From Tubulanus polymorphus (Eukaryota > Animalia > Nemertea): 64,000 nucleotides of DNA. Within the stretch, counting starts at the first letter, position 1. Each line of letters begins with the position of its first letter. Positions 22,624 to 35,121 of this stretch are shown piece after piece. The notes beneath the pieces were generated by a model, which saw only the letters and a list, made by a program, of their open reading frames with translations, was not told the origin of the DNA and did not search any database. Position numbers and translations under genes: made by a program. The stretch spans positions 248,001-312,000 of the forward strand of contig NC_134036.1 in NCBI RefSeq assembly GCF_964204645.1, in the 5' to 3' direction.

Positions 22624-25600
22624 ATGTTCGGCCGAATTCACTTCCTGGTTTTGCTGGTGTTACTGGTGAATACTGTATTTACTGGAGGAACCTCAGGTAA
22701 AATTATTTTCTATACTAAAATACAAAAATGGGCAAAAGAAATTGCTTTCTATTCTGTTGGCCAAATACAATAACTACAAAAAGGAACTGTGTCACTGTCA
22801 GGATTCAAACTATCAATTGTGGGGGGTGGAGAGCTCAGAGAAGAACTACAGAAAGAAACTCTGTCATTGTCAGGATTCAAACTATCAATTGTCGGGGGTG
22901 GAGAGCTCAGAGAAGAACTACAGAAAGAAACTCTGTCATTGTCAGGATTCAAACTATCAATTGTCGGGGATGGAGAGCTCAGAGAAGAACTACAGAAAGA
23001 AACTCTGTCACTGTCAGGATTCAAACTATCAATTGTCGGGGTGTGGAGAAGGCAGCATTTGGAAAGAACATTCTGTTTAAATAATTTTCTTCTTTTTTGT
23101 TACATCAGCCAAATGTTTTGGGAAGAGTTGTACTGGTTGGTTGTGCCATTGCAGTAATACAGCCGTAAAAGTATGTCCAATAAAGGATCAGAATGAAGGT
23201 GGCGCTTTAACGTGTCCAAATCCAAACACTGCATGTGAGTCTACAATAAAAACTCCACATCCCTGGACACCACCAGGATGGACCGGACCAGCTTGTCAAA
23301 TCGGTAAGTTTTCTGTGTCAACTGTTTCTACTCCAGTTAGTTATTCTGAAATGCCCATATAAGGGAAAAACGGAAATAAGATTTATCATTGATGAATATG
23401 TCAGACATCCGTGCTGGCTGATTGTGTTCGGCTAGAGAAACGATAAAAAAATTCACCAAAAAGTTTGGTTTTATCGCGAGAGAATTCAAAACGTTTTGTT
23501 TTCTTGCGTGCGATAACAAAAAGTGGTCAATGTGAATATTGTTTCATCTAGCCCTTAGCCGTACCTTTTTATGTACGGTCCGTCTCAGCTACCATACATC
23601 CGGGACTGTTGTGACCCAACAAACTGAGACACAACATTTTATCCCGTTGAGAAAACAATATCCTTAAATACAATCGATTTTACTCACGCAAAAATGTTAA
23701 TTTTATGTGGTTTTTGTTTTGTAGGAAACGTGGCTCGTGGTAAAACAGTTACAATGTCATCCACTTTCGGTGAGTCAACCGCTATCAAATGTACAGATGG
23801 ACGGACAGTAGCTGACAGTGATACTTCCAGCAACGAACTATGTCACACTAATGCGGATCAAGACGCCTGGATTAGAATTGATCTCGGAACTCAATACGTG
23901 GTACATGAAGTTACACTTTGGGATAGATCAGGAGCGACTGGTTGCGACGCTGAGTGGAGTGAGTACAGACAACTTTTAATTTCTGAGTAGAGTATTTTAC
24001 TCGTTCAAATCAAATCTGATAGAAAAAAAGTGAAACCATCAACTCGACACTCCTCGTTAGATAAGCCCGCTCTTGGTGAGAGATTCTTAAAATAAACCAT
24101 TATTGGTGGATTCTAGCAACCACGTGTATCTATCGAATGACCGCGGTAGACACGGGTCGAACATGAGGCTGGACTCAGTTCGATAACAAGTGTCTGTCGT
24201 ATCCATGGCGATATCGTTAGTTAAACCCAATTTGTTGAAATATTTTGATGCAACTTTACTTTATCAAAACTGCCGTAGAAAATATACGAATTTAACCGCT
24301 TCAAACTCGAATAGAATTTTTCTGCATCTGAAGCAATGGATGAAAATCTTTCATCAACTTTCCTAACTTCATGATGTATTATTGTCCTTCGCGATTTTTT
24401 GATTCTTTTAAATTTTTTCTCAGAAAAACGCGCGCGCAACCTGGAGATTCGAGTTGGAAGTTTAGCATCTAACCAGAAATGTGCTTACCAGGGCCCCCCT
24501 CTCTGTGGTAAACATGAAACATTAGAATGCAGCCCGGGTCCTGTAGTTGGACAATACGTTACTGTTCAACACAAGAACATTAGTAAGGCAGAGTATCTAA
24601 ACCTGGCAGAAATAGAAGTTATCGGGTTCAAATATATCGGTAAGTTTTTCTTAACTATTTGATTAAAGTTGAGAGTATTGATATAGATTATGAATGAATC
24701 TTATTAATTTCTGAAATGACAATAGCTCATCTGTTTTCTGATTAAATAGGTTAAGTAGTGCGGGTGACGCATTACATCTATCCTCCTCACTAGTCGACGC
24801 CATTAATATCGCATTTTATTATATACCGTCTTTAAAATCACCTTTAAAATGTCTGTTTAGCGCCCGGTGATTGCAGTAAGGGATCGAACTCATTTGGATG
24901 TATGATTGAATGTTATCCATGTTACACCAGTGAAAGTTGTAACTATTTGAGTGGTATCTGTGAATCTGGCTGTTCACAGAATTACATCGGAAAGTGGTGC
25001 GAGTCAGGTATATTACGCTGAATCATAGATTCCTGGGAATCTCACTCAATATTCCCTAAATATAGTAACCAATATGAACTAATATATCTTGAATCAATTT
25101 TTCTATTTCAGAATTGAAGTTATTTTCGAATTTGACAAAATCTGTGCTGACAGATAACAGTGTAAAAGTCAGTTGGACAGCTTACTCGGGTTCTGTAGTA
25201 GATTCAGGACGTGGTACTGTCAGCGTTCAGTATCAAGTCGTTCATCGTAAGACATCAGAAAACACTTGGACTAATCAGGAATCTGCAGGAGTCCTTACAC
25301 ATCACACAATTACTGGTTTAACGCCTAATACCGGGTATAACATAGCTGTTAAACTACAGAAATTAGTGAACAGTCAACTTATATCAACTGCGAGTTTGAC
25401 TAGTCCAATATTAACTATACAGACTTTGTGTGCAGGTAAAAACCCCTCATTCTTATAAACTCTTAATCATCAATTCAAAACATAGAATTGTGTTAAACAT
25501 GTTTGTCTTACTGCAGGTCCATTAAACGGTCCTAAAGATGTTCGTGTGGTGTCCACAGCGGTCGAGGACAGTAACACGTGGCCCCAGACAACCAATCTGA

Positions 25601-28600
25601 TACTTGCATGGACCGTAAGTGTGCCTCAACCAGAATTACATAAATTCACCTGATGCTCTGTTTATGCACCTTCTCTTTCACTGACACACGATACAAACTC
25701 ACGACTAAACGAAATTAGATACGATTTAAACAGAGCAGTGAGTTGTATATAAACCCAGATGCCCCAAATTGGGACGACCAAACCAAATTCAAAACTCTTC
25801 TCACGGATAAAAAACTACATGGTCCAATTGGGGAATACATCTCTCGAGGCTTTGAAATCCTAGATACTGGTAGTTAATAAGGAACCACTGTTATCCCTAT
25901 TATTGTTGTTATTGATGAAAATGTTTATGCTTTGTAAATACTACTTGTAAATACCACTCTGTACATCTCGACCCGAAATGGTGCAATCAGTACAATAAAG
26001 AGACTTTTGAATTGAATTTTGAATTGTAGTGAACTATTATTATGTTGCAGGCTTTAACTGCTGCAGAGTTACAGTGTGACGTCACTAAAGCTGTTTATCA
26101 AATCCAATATAAACAACTGAACGGACAAAAATGGACCACAACAGTGGCGCAACCTACCGGCCACACACTTACAGGACTAGAACCATATACTGATTATGAA
26201 ATTAGAGTTGGTGTAAAGAATGACGTCACTCAGAAGTTTGTCTACAACAAAACTATAAATTACAAAACAGCGACTGCAGGTAATTCAGAAACGAAACGAG
26301 ACGATCTTCTGAATTCCTGAAGGTTTCAAATATGAAACCAACAACGCGAAAAGTTCAGCGACCTTAGCAACTCGCTCAACAATCCAGTTTCCTAATAATC
26401 AGTATCTATGGTAATTACCCCGGTTAAGTAAATCGTCCATATCTTTATAACTTTCCATTTATTTCAGCTCCCGGGCCTGTGACGTCACTCACTGTCTCTC
26501 AGCAACAAACCGAGAGGGCCTTAAGAGTCACGTGGTCTGCACCCGATAAACCAAATGGAATTATCACTAAATACAGATTATGGTACAAACTTCTCAAATA
26601 TAAAACTTGTCCGACTCAAGCACAGGGAGGTGAACCTAAAGAGGTTTCGCCCTCACCAAATACTGCTGTAGAACATGTATTCACTGGGTTAAAGCCTCAT
26701 GCGGAATATGAAATCACGGTCTCGGCCGAAACCTCGGCTGGTGGCTTAGACTCAAACAAGAGGGCAGTTACCGGGACAACTCTTCAGTCTGGTTAGTTAT
26801 GAAATTATCATATTGAAAATGTTATAAGTTACATTCTTTTTGAATTGTTTTAGAGTTTAATGAACATTTCCATGTTACAGCACCAACTGGTAAACCTGGC
26901 GTGGCTGATGTCACTGTTGAGACTATTCCAAATAGCAAAATCAAGATTGACACTTATATTGATATCAACTTCAAGGATTTGGCGTGTGAAAACCAGCATG
27001 GACCTGTCAAACATTATAGATACAAGTTACTGGAGAAAGATACGATGAATCTTGTTAAAGATGGAACAACACCGAATAAACAGTTCAGAATAGATAAACT
27101 GGTCCCGTTTACAGAGTATGAACTGACGTATAAGTGGGTGAACAGTAAAGGTTCCAGTAATGAATCTCTAAGTAAAATATTCACAACTGACGAAGCTGGT
27201 GAGTTTTTCAATATTCAACTCATTTTGACTTCAAATTTGAGGAAATTGAAAGAAGCATGTTTGAAAGTATTTATACATTTCAGTTCCAGGTGTACCGATC
27301 CCTGAAGCTCGATCAGCTGCTCCAAACAGTATCATATTCGCGTGGAGTTCTCCTGTTCCTCCGTTAGCAAGAATAACCAAATATGCATTTAAGTGTGGTA
27401 ATTCAACTAAAAATAATTCGAAAATTCAGCAAATAACTACGGAGGATGTTGAACCCAATGATGTGCTTACAAAAACAGTGTCTGGACTCACACCAAACAA
27501 ATGGTATGGTTGCAAGGTAGGTTTGAATTTATAAATCCTATATTTGGTAACAATTCAAAATTGAAACTGAAAATATGTTCATGAATATTTACAGGTTGTG
27601 GCACTAGGTAAAAAGGGTTGGGGAAATTGGAGTGAAATTGTTTACTTTTTGACGCAGGTCGGAAGTAAGTAAAACAATTTGTTGAAAATGTCAATTCACA
27701 GAACCGTGTTATAAATGTTTAATTTGTCTGTGGTGTTTATTTCAGTACCAGGACCTCCCGCTTCTCTCGACTTCTCATTCACAAGGGATACATTTAAATC
27801 AACATTGACATGGGCGTCACCAAACAGTCCCAATGGTGATATCACTAATTATCGGGTAGGAATAATGTTGTTCTGGCCAGCAGAGGGCACCACCTGCTCT
27901 ATACCGTAACGTGTCTCCAATCTGTTTTCAGCTCACGTGTGAACCCATCAGTACAACTTCCACAACACCTTTACCAGACATAAAAACAGTTAATAAACCT
28001 ACGATCGAAGGCTCCATCACAACTTTAGACATAACGACGTCACTGATACCTTTTACTCAATACAACTGCTCAGTTTTTGCCTCGACTAGTAAAGGTGAAG
28101 GGTCGCCAGCCAGTGTAAGCTTCTGGTCACCGGGTAAGTCGTTAAAACATATCAAAATTCAACCTTATGTCACGTGCAACTAGTTAAGTATTCAACTGAT
28201 ATTTCAGGAAAAATAACAATTCCTCAACTGGTTGTCAAGAAAGCAGCGGTAACAGACACGACTGTTACACTTCAAATAACACGTGTTAACACTGGTAACA
28301 TTACGTAAGTGTCCTTCAGCCTTTTATCCATAGATAACGCATGCTTTTATAAAACAATATATTGTCTGATTTTCAGCGGTTACGAGGTGATCGTGAAGAA
28401 ACACGATGGACCAATCAACCGTCGCCGGAAGCGCGCAGTCAACCAATCACAGTACGTCTCATACGGAGAAGCTAAACAGCGAGGATTATCAGTTTATATT
28501 ACTGCAGTTCTACCACCGGAAGTGCCCTCTGAGTTTATAGTTGGTGATACACGTGACTATAGTGGTTACTTAAATGCTCCTCTAGAAACTGGGAAATCTT

Positions 28601-31600
28601 ACAGTTTTATTTTAGGAATCATTGAGAATTATAACGGAGTGAGTTCATCTTGTCTCTAAATGTGAATTGTAGTTTCCAAATTTAAAATGACTTCAATAAT
28701 TTGTTTTCAATTTTTCAGGAAACGTTTCGGCATTATCCGTCAATAGAACAGCAAGAAAGAATCATTGTTAAAACACCGTCTAGTAATGCAGGAATAATAG
28801 GTGGCGTTGTTGCAGTTGTTGTCATACTGATATTGGTTGCTGTTGTTCTAGTTATAATCTGGAGGTACGAATGATTAGCGGCCACCGTTTGATGACCACT
28901 ATATCCATCTATTTGAGACAATAAAATACGTCCAATTCCTATGTTCCAGACGTGGATGCTTCAAACGTAGGAATAAGCAGAACAATTCTCCTGTTCCAAT
29001 GAACAACATTATGCAAAATAATGGTGCAAGTGCAAGTCAAGCTCCTCCACCACTCCCAGCAGCTGTCAATCAGGGAACCGTCAATCAGGCGTTAGCAATG
29101 GGTACTGTGATTCAATAAGACGCACGTCTTTCTGTAATTCCTCCTTCTCCAAAATGAATTCGATTCTAGAATCTTATTTGCTCTATAGATGATGAAAATG
29201 AATACGAAGTGGTCGTAAGAGATGGTACCCTCATCAGCGAACTGTTGAACCATACGCTTAACAAGTCAGCGAACTCTTGGCAAGAAATGACTAAAGAATT
29301 TGAGGTAAATATAGAATATCAGTGGCAACCAAACGAGGTTAAGTCTTTAAGCGTGTGAGTTGAAATTTGACTAGAAAGTTCTGCATCTGCATGATATGTT
29401 ACCGCCTATTGTATAAATGTTGCACCCATAGAGTCAGTTGTGAGTTGAATGGAGGTTGAATTAAAACATTGAAGATGAACCAAGAGTCAAACTTAACCAT
29501 GAACTTGGACTCCAGATTGTTACAAACAGTTCCCAAAACGGTCAATAGGTTCATGATCGTCTCTGACTCTACGAAACAATCTGACTTAACTCCTGCCAGT
29601 AATCCAATAAGGTTTACTGTGTTTAAAAACCTTGAAAAGAAAAAACCTTGACTAACACCTAGGTCTCGTACACTCAAGACCAGCGTGCTTACTGTTAGTC
29701 CAACACGCCATTTGGCTCTCTCTCTGTCTGGTCAGTGGTTATACAACTTGAACTAATTGAATGATAACTATTTACAGAGCATACCCAAAACGATCAACGG
29801 GGCCAGCGTCAACGCATTCCTGAAGGCAAACTTCCATAAAAACAGATTCAAGAACATTATGCCCTGTAAGTATAAAGTAACTAAGAGGCAAATGTTGAAA
29901 CACTGATATATTTATAGACTCATTCTATAAACTTTTATAAGTTGAATTGTGGAACTTCCTCACATAGCATTCATGGTTTTTACATGAGGCTTTTGGTATT
30001 TACAAACTAACATCTGCATAGTTTATGTCATTCTATTGAGTAAATGCTGTTGTTTTTTCCAGATGATTCGACTAGAGTTGTTCTGGAACAAATCGGTGAC
30101 GATCCAACGTCAGATTACGTCAACGCCAATTATATTCGGGTAAATTATTCTCTTCGAGAAAATGAGGTGTCTACTGTTGTTGTTTCTGATGGTACTGTAG
30201 AACTGATAGGCAAGTTTTCTCTTGCTAATTATAGGGGTCGCAAGGTGATGAGACGTACATTGCGAGCCAAGGTAAGCTTTGAGTAATAAAGCTTTTGGTG
30301 ATTCATATTTTGAAAATCATATATATTTCTTCGTGTTGTTAGCCCCGATTCCAAGCACTTTCATTGACCATTGGCGGATGATTTGGCAAGAGAAATGTCC
30401 GGCTATTATTGTACTCACTGATCTGACTGAAGGACAAGACAATGATAAGAAGGTACAGAAATACTTTTAGATGCTACTATGTAAACAAGAGAATTAGGAA
30501 AAATTAGTCTTTTCATATTCCAATTGCAGGTGAAGTGTCATTTATATTGGCCAACAAAACTGAATACAAAAGGTCGATATGGAGATATAACAGTGACAGT
30601 TGCAAAGAAAATGGAAAAACACACTGAACCTCCTACTTTTGTACATTTTCTATCAATTACAAAGGTATGATCATATCTTTATTCTAGAAAGTAAACCATG
30701 TCCGATGTTACCTTGTTCCACATATGTAAATAAACTGTCTCTCTCGATGCGTAACGTTAGATTTATTTTATAGCGTGGCCACAAACAAGCGCATAATCTA
30801 ATAGTGTTTCACTATCGAGGATGGCCGGATCATGGTGTACCGTTCCCGGCTTCATCTGTTGTTCGTATGCAAGAGTTCATCAAACGGCGTCTCACCGAAC
30901 AGAACCAGGGACCAATACTCATACACTGCAGGTAAAGTTTGAGATAGAGAACAAAGTCGAAACATACTTGTTACTGAGAAGCTTCCTATGTATAGTTCCA
31001 CAACATTTGGTTCAGTTTCAAGACTCAAGAGTTCAAAACATTCATTTTTAAAGATTTGTCCAGGGCATAGGTCCCAAGGAATACCAGAAAGAACTGTCAA
31101 TATATTGTAATTGGACTACGTTTTTTTTATGATATGGATGTTTGTAGTGCTGGTGCTGGAAGGACTGGTAGCTATATAGCTACAGAATATCTACTGAGAC
31201 AGGCCCAAACTACTGGACGAGTCGGAATCTTCCCGCTGTATCGAAACCTGCGACAACAAAGACCAGAAATGATCCAGAACACGGTAAACCTTAATCTGTA
31301 CTAACTGTCTTTCATTGCACGATCTAAAATCGAGAACTTCTCAAACATGTTGTGTTTTACTATCATTTACTGCAGAAACAGTACATTCTCGTGCACCAGA
31401 TTCTACTGGAGGAACTGGTACTGGGACCGGTGGCATACCCGACCACGAGTTTCAGAGAATCATACGAGGAAATAAAAGCAATGCGTCCTGTATCTAGAAA
31501 CGTATCTGATAAAATAGAGGAGCAATTTCTAGTACGTATAGAGTTAGATAAGCTGCCTGAAGAGAAATTCTTACATATAAGAAAAACTTGTCAAAATGTT

Positions 31601-33187
31601 ATTTTAGATATACAAAGCATCTACTCCGATACAAGGTCCTGCCACGTTGGCGATTGCAAAGTTGCCAATCAACGTCAAGAAGACACGATACCAAGAAATA
31701 CTTCCAGAAACCAAATATCAAGCGAGGATTTCCAACGAAAAAGAGTCGTTCATCAATGCTTCATTTGTACATGTGAGTGAAGCTAAACTATGATAATTGA
31801 GATCATCTTTACTGTCAGCTCTTTTCTGCATGATCATATATCAATATCTATAGTTAGAACCTGCACTAAAAAGACGCCATATTTCATAAATGGAAAAATA
31901 TCACAATTGAGTTTATTGATCTTATATTTTCGAGATTTTTTCATTTTTCATTAATTTTATTCCGTTTCTGTAGATGGAATTTAAATGAATCTTGAAAATG
32001 TCCCATAAACAATATTATCATCATAATTGTGGGATATTTCATCATATCTACACTGAGTTAATATGGTTTTAATCCGTAATTTTTTCAAAACTCGATTATT
32101 CGGACAATTCATTGTTTTTACAGACGATCACTAATGACAACGTGTATATAGCTACACAAAGTCCGATGCCGAACACAATTACTGATTTCTGGCAAATGAT
32201 CTTTAAATATAACTGTGAACGTATCGTTATGATGCATCAAGAACATCCGCACGATCCGGTAAGGCTTATTCCAAATGTCTCAAATTACGTATTTGCTTTC
32301 TGTCCATACGAATGTGTAGATGTATGTTTTACAAAATTTCCAGACTTATGCAAATTACTGGCCAACCGATGGTGTTATGCAATTTGGACCGTTCGAAGTT
32401 TCGTTGGAACAATCGCATACGATGCCAAACGAACAAGTCATCTATCGTGACCTCATACTACAGACTGACAATGTAAGTGCTATCCTACAAAAGTTCGAAA
32501 ATAATATCAAGCCGTGAAGTATGAGTTGTTCTCGCTGGGATCTGATCCTCCCAAAGATTTATTTGAAAACGATTTTGATAGCAACCTTTCAGGGAAAGAT
32601 GGCCGAATTTACAGAATCCCCTTAGACATTTCTATTTACTATCACCTGATCAAATCAATTTGATTTCTTTGCTTTCACAGGAATCGCGTCAGATTCGTCA
32701 GATCCAGTTTTTAGGATGGCCTGAGGATGAGTCGGTTCCTGATGTACAGAGTCTATTTGACTTCGTGCAGCTTGTTACAAAGGAACGCGTCACCAGTCCG
32801 ATTGTTGTACATTGCATGTTCGTATCTTAGCAACGTCTAAGTCAATTATTCAAAAAACCATCACATATTTATTGATTATGCAAATTTACAGGGACAGCAC
32901 AACGAGAACAGGGCTATTTTGTGCGGCATTAGAATTGATCACCAAGGCGCCATCTAGCGAAGAAATCGATATCTATCACTGTATTCAAAAGCTACGAATG
33001 ACGCGACCTCAATTCATTCCAAATTTGGTAATTTCCTGATATTTTCTAGATATTCTGAATTGAGAACTTATAATGTTATTGATGTCTTTTGTTTATCTAC
33101 GTATTTCAGGAACAATACAAATTCCTGCATGACCTGGTGATACTGTATTTCCAAGGATTCGAAACGTACGCAAATTTCGTGCCCTAA
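22624..33187 (+). CDS. Receptor-type protein tyrosine phosphatase, copy A (F-type lectin, EGF-like, ~7 FN3, TM, PTP D1 + D2), 33 exons
   Basis: In-frame GT-AG exons: SP 22624-22696; Cys-rich 23109-23303; F-lectin 23725-23958 + 24424-24639; EGF 24861-25007; FN3 exons 25112-28638 (RRRKR furin site); TM 28719-28864. D1 has KNRF, DYVNA, KCHLYWP, WPDHGVP, HCSAGAGRTG. D2 has WPE, HCMDSTTRTG. Last exon 33110-33187 ends ETYANFVP*. Confidence 0.92.
22787..23050. repeat. 72-bp minisatellite (~3.5 copies) in RPTP-A intron 1
   Basis: Unit ctctgtcactgtcaggattcaaactatcaattgtcggggg...agaaagaaa. Confidence 0.9.
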
Positions 33188-34610
33188 TTAACATATAACG
33201 GAAGTCAGTTGCTCAAAGAAAGGAGATGGATAACATTATGTCATCATCTAACCATAAATGATATTCGTATTTAGCTGTGATATTTAGAAAGGAATTTTCT
33301 CATAATTTACCGAAACATTGCTAACAACTGACTGTATATAAGTTATCGTGCAGGTCCAGTTTCAAAAATCATACTCTTAATTTCGTAGAATAAACGATTC
33401 TATTCTAATCAAGTAATCCAGAAATCTGTTCGTCATAACCGTTTATGAGATGATTTATTTTCAAGTAAGATTTTTACAAAATTAATGAGTTAGGTAATAC
33501 ATTAAAGATGTAATAATATTAAATGAATGATAACCAATAGGAAATTAATGAAATTGTGTTACTTGGGAGGAAATTCTATACTAGTTGTATCCGATGAATC
33601 GTTGTATCTGAGTTTATTATGTTAAGGTTCACACTGTACAAAATAGAAGGCGTGTATTTTTACTGTTAACTAACTCAATCATATACTCGTTTAATGATAC
33701 TGAAAACAAACTGTATCTGATTCATGAACTAATGAAAACCGATATGTTTATTCAGTTGACTCCAGGTTGGAGCTTACAGATGAGAGTCTTGCACTGAGCT
33801 TGGAATAATCATTTGATTACTCCAAGCACTGAGGTGGCTAATTCTCCAGAACGAGTTTTAGTGAATGCAAACATTTGTGAAGCACTACAGAATCGAGGCA
33901 ACTTAAGCAGCAATCGAAATGAATTATTATCATATAGTTATAATTATCATAATTATTATCAGCATTATTATCATCAGTAAATGTTCATTATTATATAATT
34001 AAAATTGAAGTATTGAGAACTTGTCTATATATGGAACTGGGTTACAGACATCATATCGAAAATGTTTTAAGCTCAATCGGGTTCCTTGTGTCAAAGCCGC
34101 TCGTTCTAAAAGTTATAGAATTAGGTATATATCATTTATTCGTCTTTTTACAATTTTTGTTAACACGAATATTGAACTGTGATAACTATTTGCGCATGTG
34201 TTCATTATATATTTGCAATAAAAACCGCTTGCGAAATAAAAATATTTTAACGTTCTTAAATTTGTTTTGTTTTGTTTCTATTTTTTTGCTTAAGGTCGTC
34301 CAAAGCCTATTAGACTATTGTTCATTGTCACATGAAGTGCGCACACTGTAAGCAGCCAGCAGGACTCGAACCCACTTGCCATTCACCAGTGATTGAGTTT
34401 TTAAGATTTTCATTCCCAACACTTAACCTTCTGTCTTCTGCTTCATGAATGAAGTGACTTTGTGTCATAAGAAACTCATTTATTAAACTCTGGACCCAGT
34501 TTAACAGTTCTGAGTTAAGATTTGACTCTGAGTTAAATCATCGGAAATGAAATAATTTAGTAACTCTCGAGTTAACAATAACCCACAACTGTGGAATTGG
34601 GTCCTGAATA

Positions 34611-34830
34611 TCAATAAATTGACATTGAGTTCACTATGAGAAAACTTGACAATATCAGCGCAAACAATACTGCAAATAGCGACCCCTTGTGGGTGAAAGA
34701 AGAGTTACAGTAACTGCCACTCGAACAACACTTTATCTCCTTCGTATAAGTGGGACCTTTAATCGTCTCCTCTACACAATCCGGGCTACATTTCCTCGTC
34801 ATGAAGAAAGTACCGTCTCTTAGCGTAATC
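34611..34830 (-). pseudogene. Orphan copy of the Ly6 terminal exon
   Basis: Near-identical to 62482-62692 (..RKCSPDC..KCCSSGSYCN..) but lacks the splice acceptor and upstream exons; C-terminus altered by a deletion. Confidence 0.75.
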
Positions 34831-35121
34831 ATTGATTACATGTTTACCCGACAAAATATAAATGGTACAAAAATTGATAAATTTGTGCCCGCATTGTTAA
34901 CAGGATGGTCTTATTTTATGTCATTCATTACCCGCACCGGATAGTGGTGCATTCAACTTTATCTCACTGTTAAAAACAACTTTATAAAATTCCGAAAGAG
35001 CCGATATTCAAACTGCCTAAAAATAAACTTTCATTATTACACGGATCGATATTGCAGGAAGATATATAAAATAAAACATATATGAAAACGTGTTTGGTAT
35101 ATAGGGCTGGATTGTGCTAAA

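Noticed and set aside
34611-34832. Independent functional Ly6 gene
   Set aside because: Only the last exon (5 of 10 Cys), with no acceptor, signal peptide or upstream exons.
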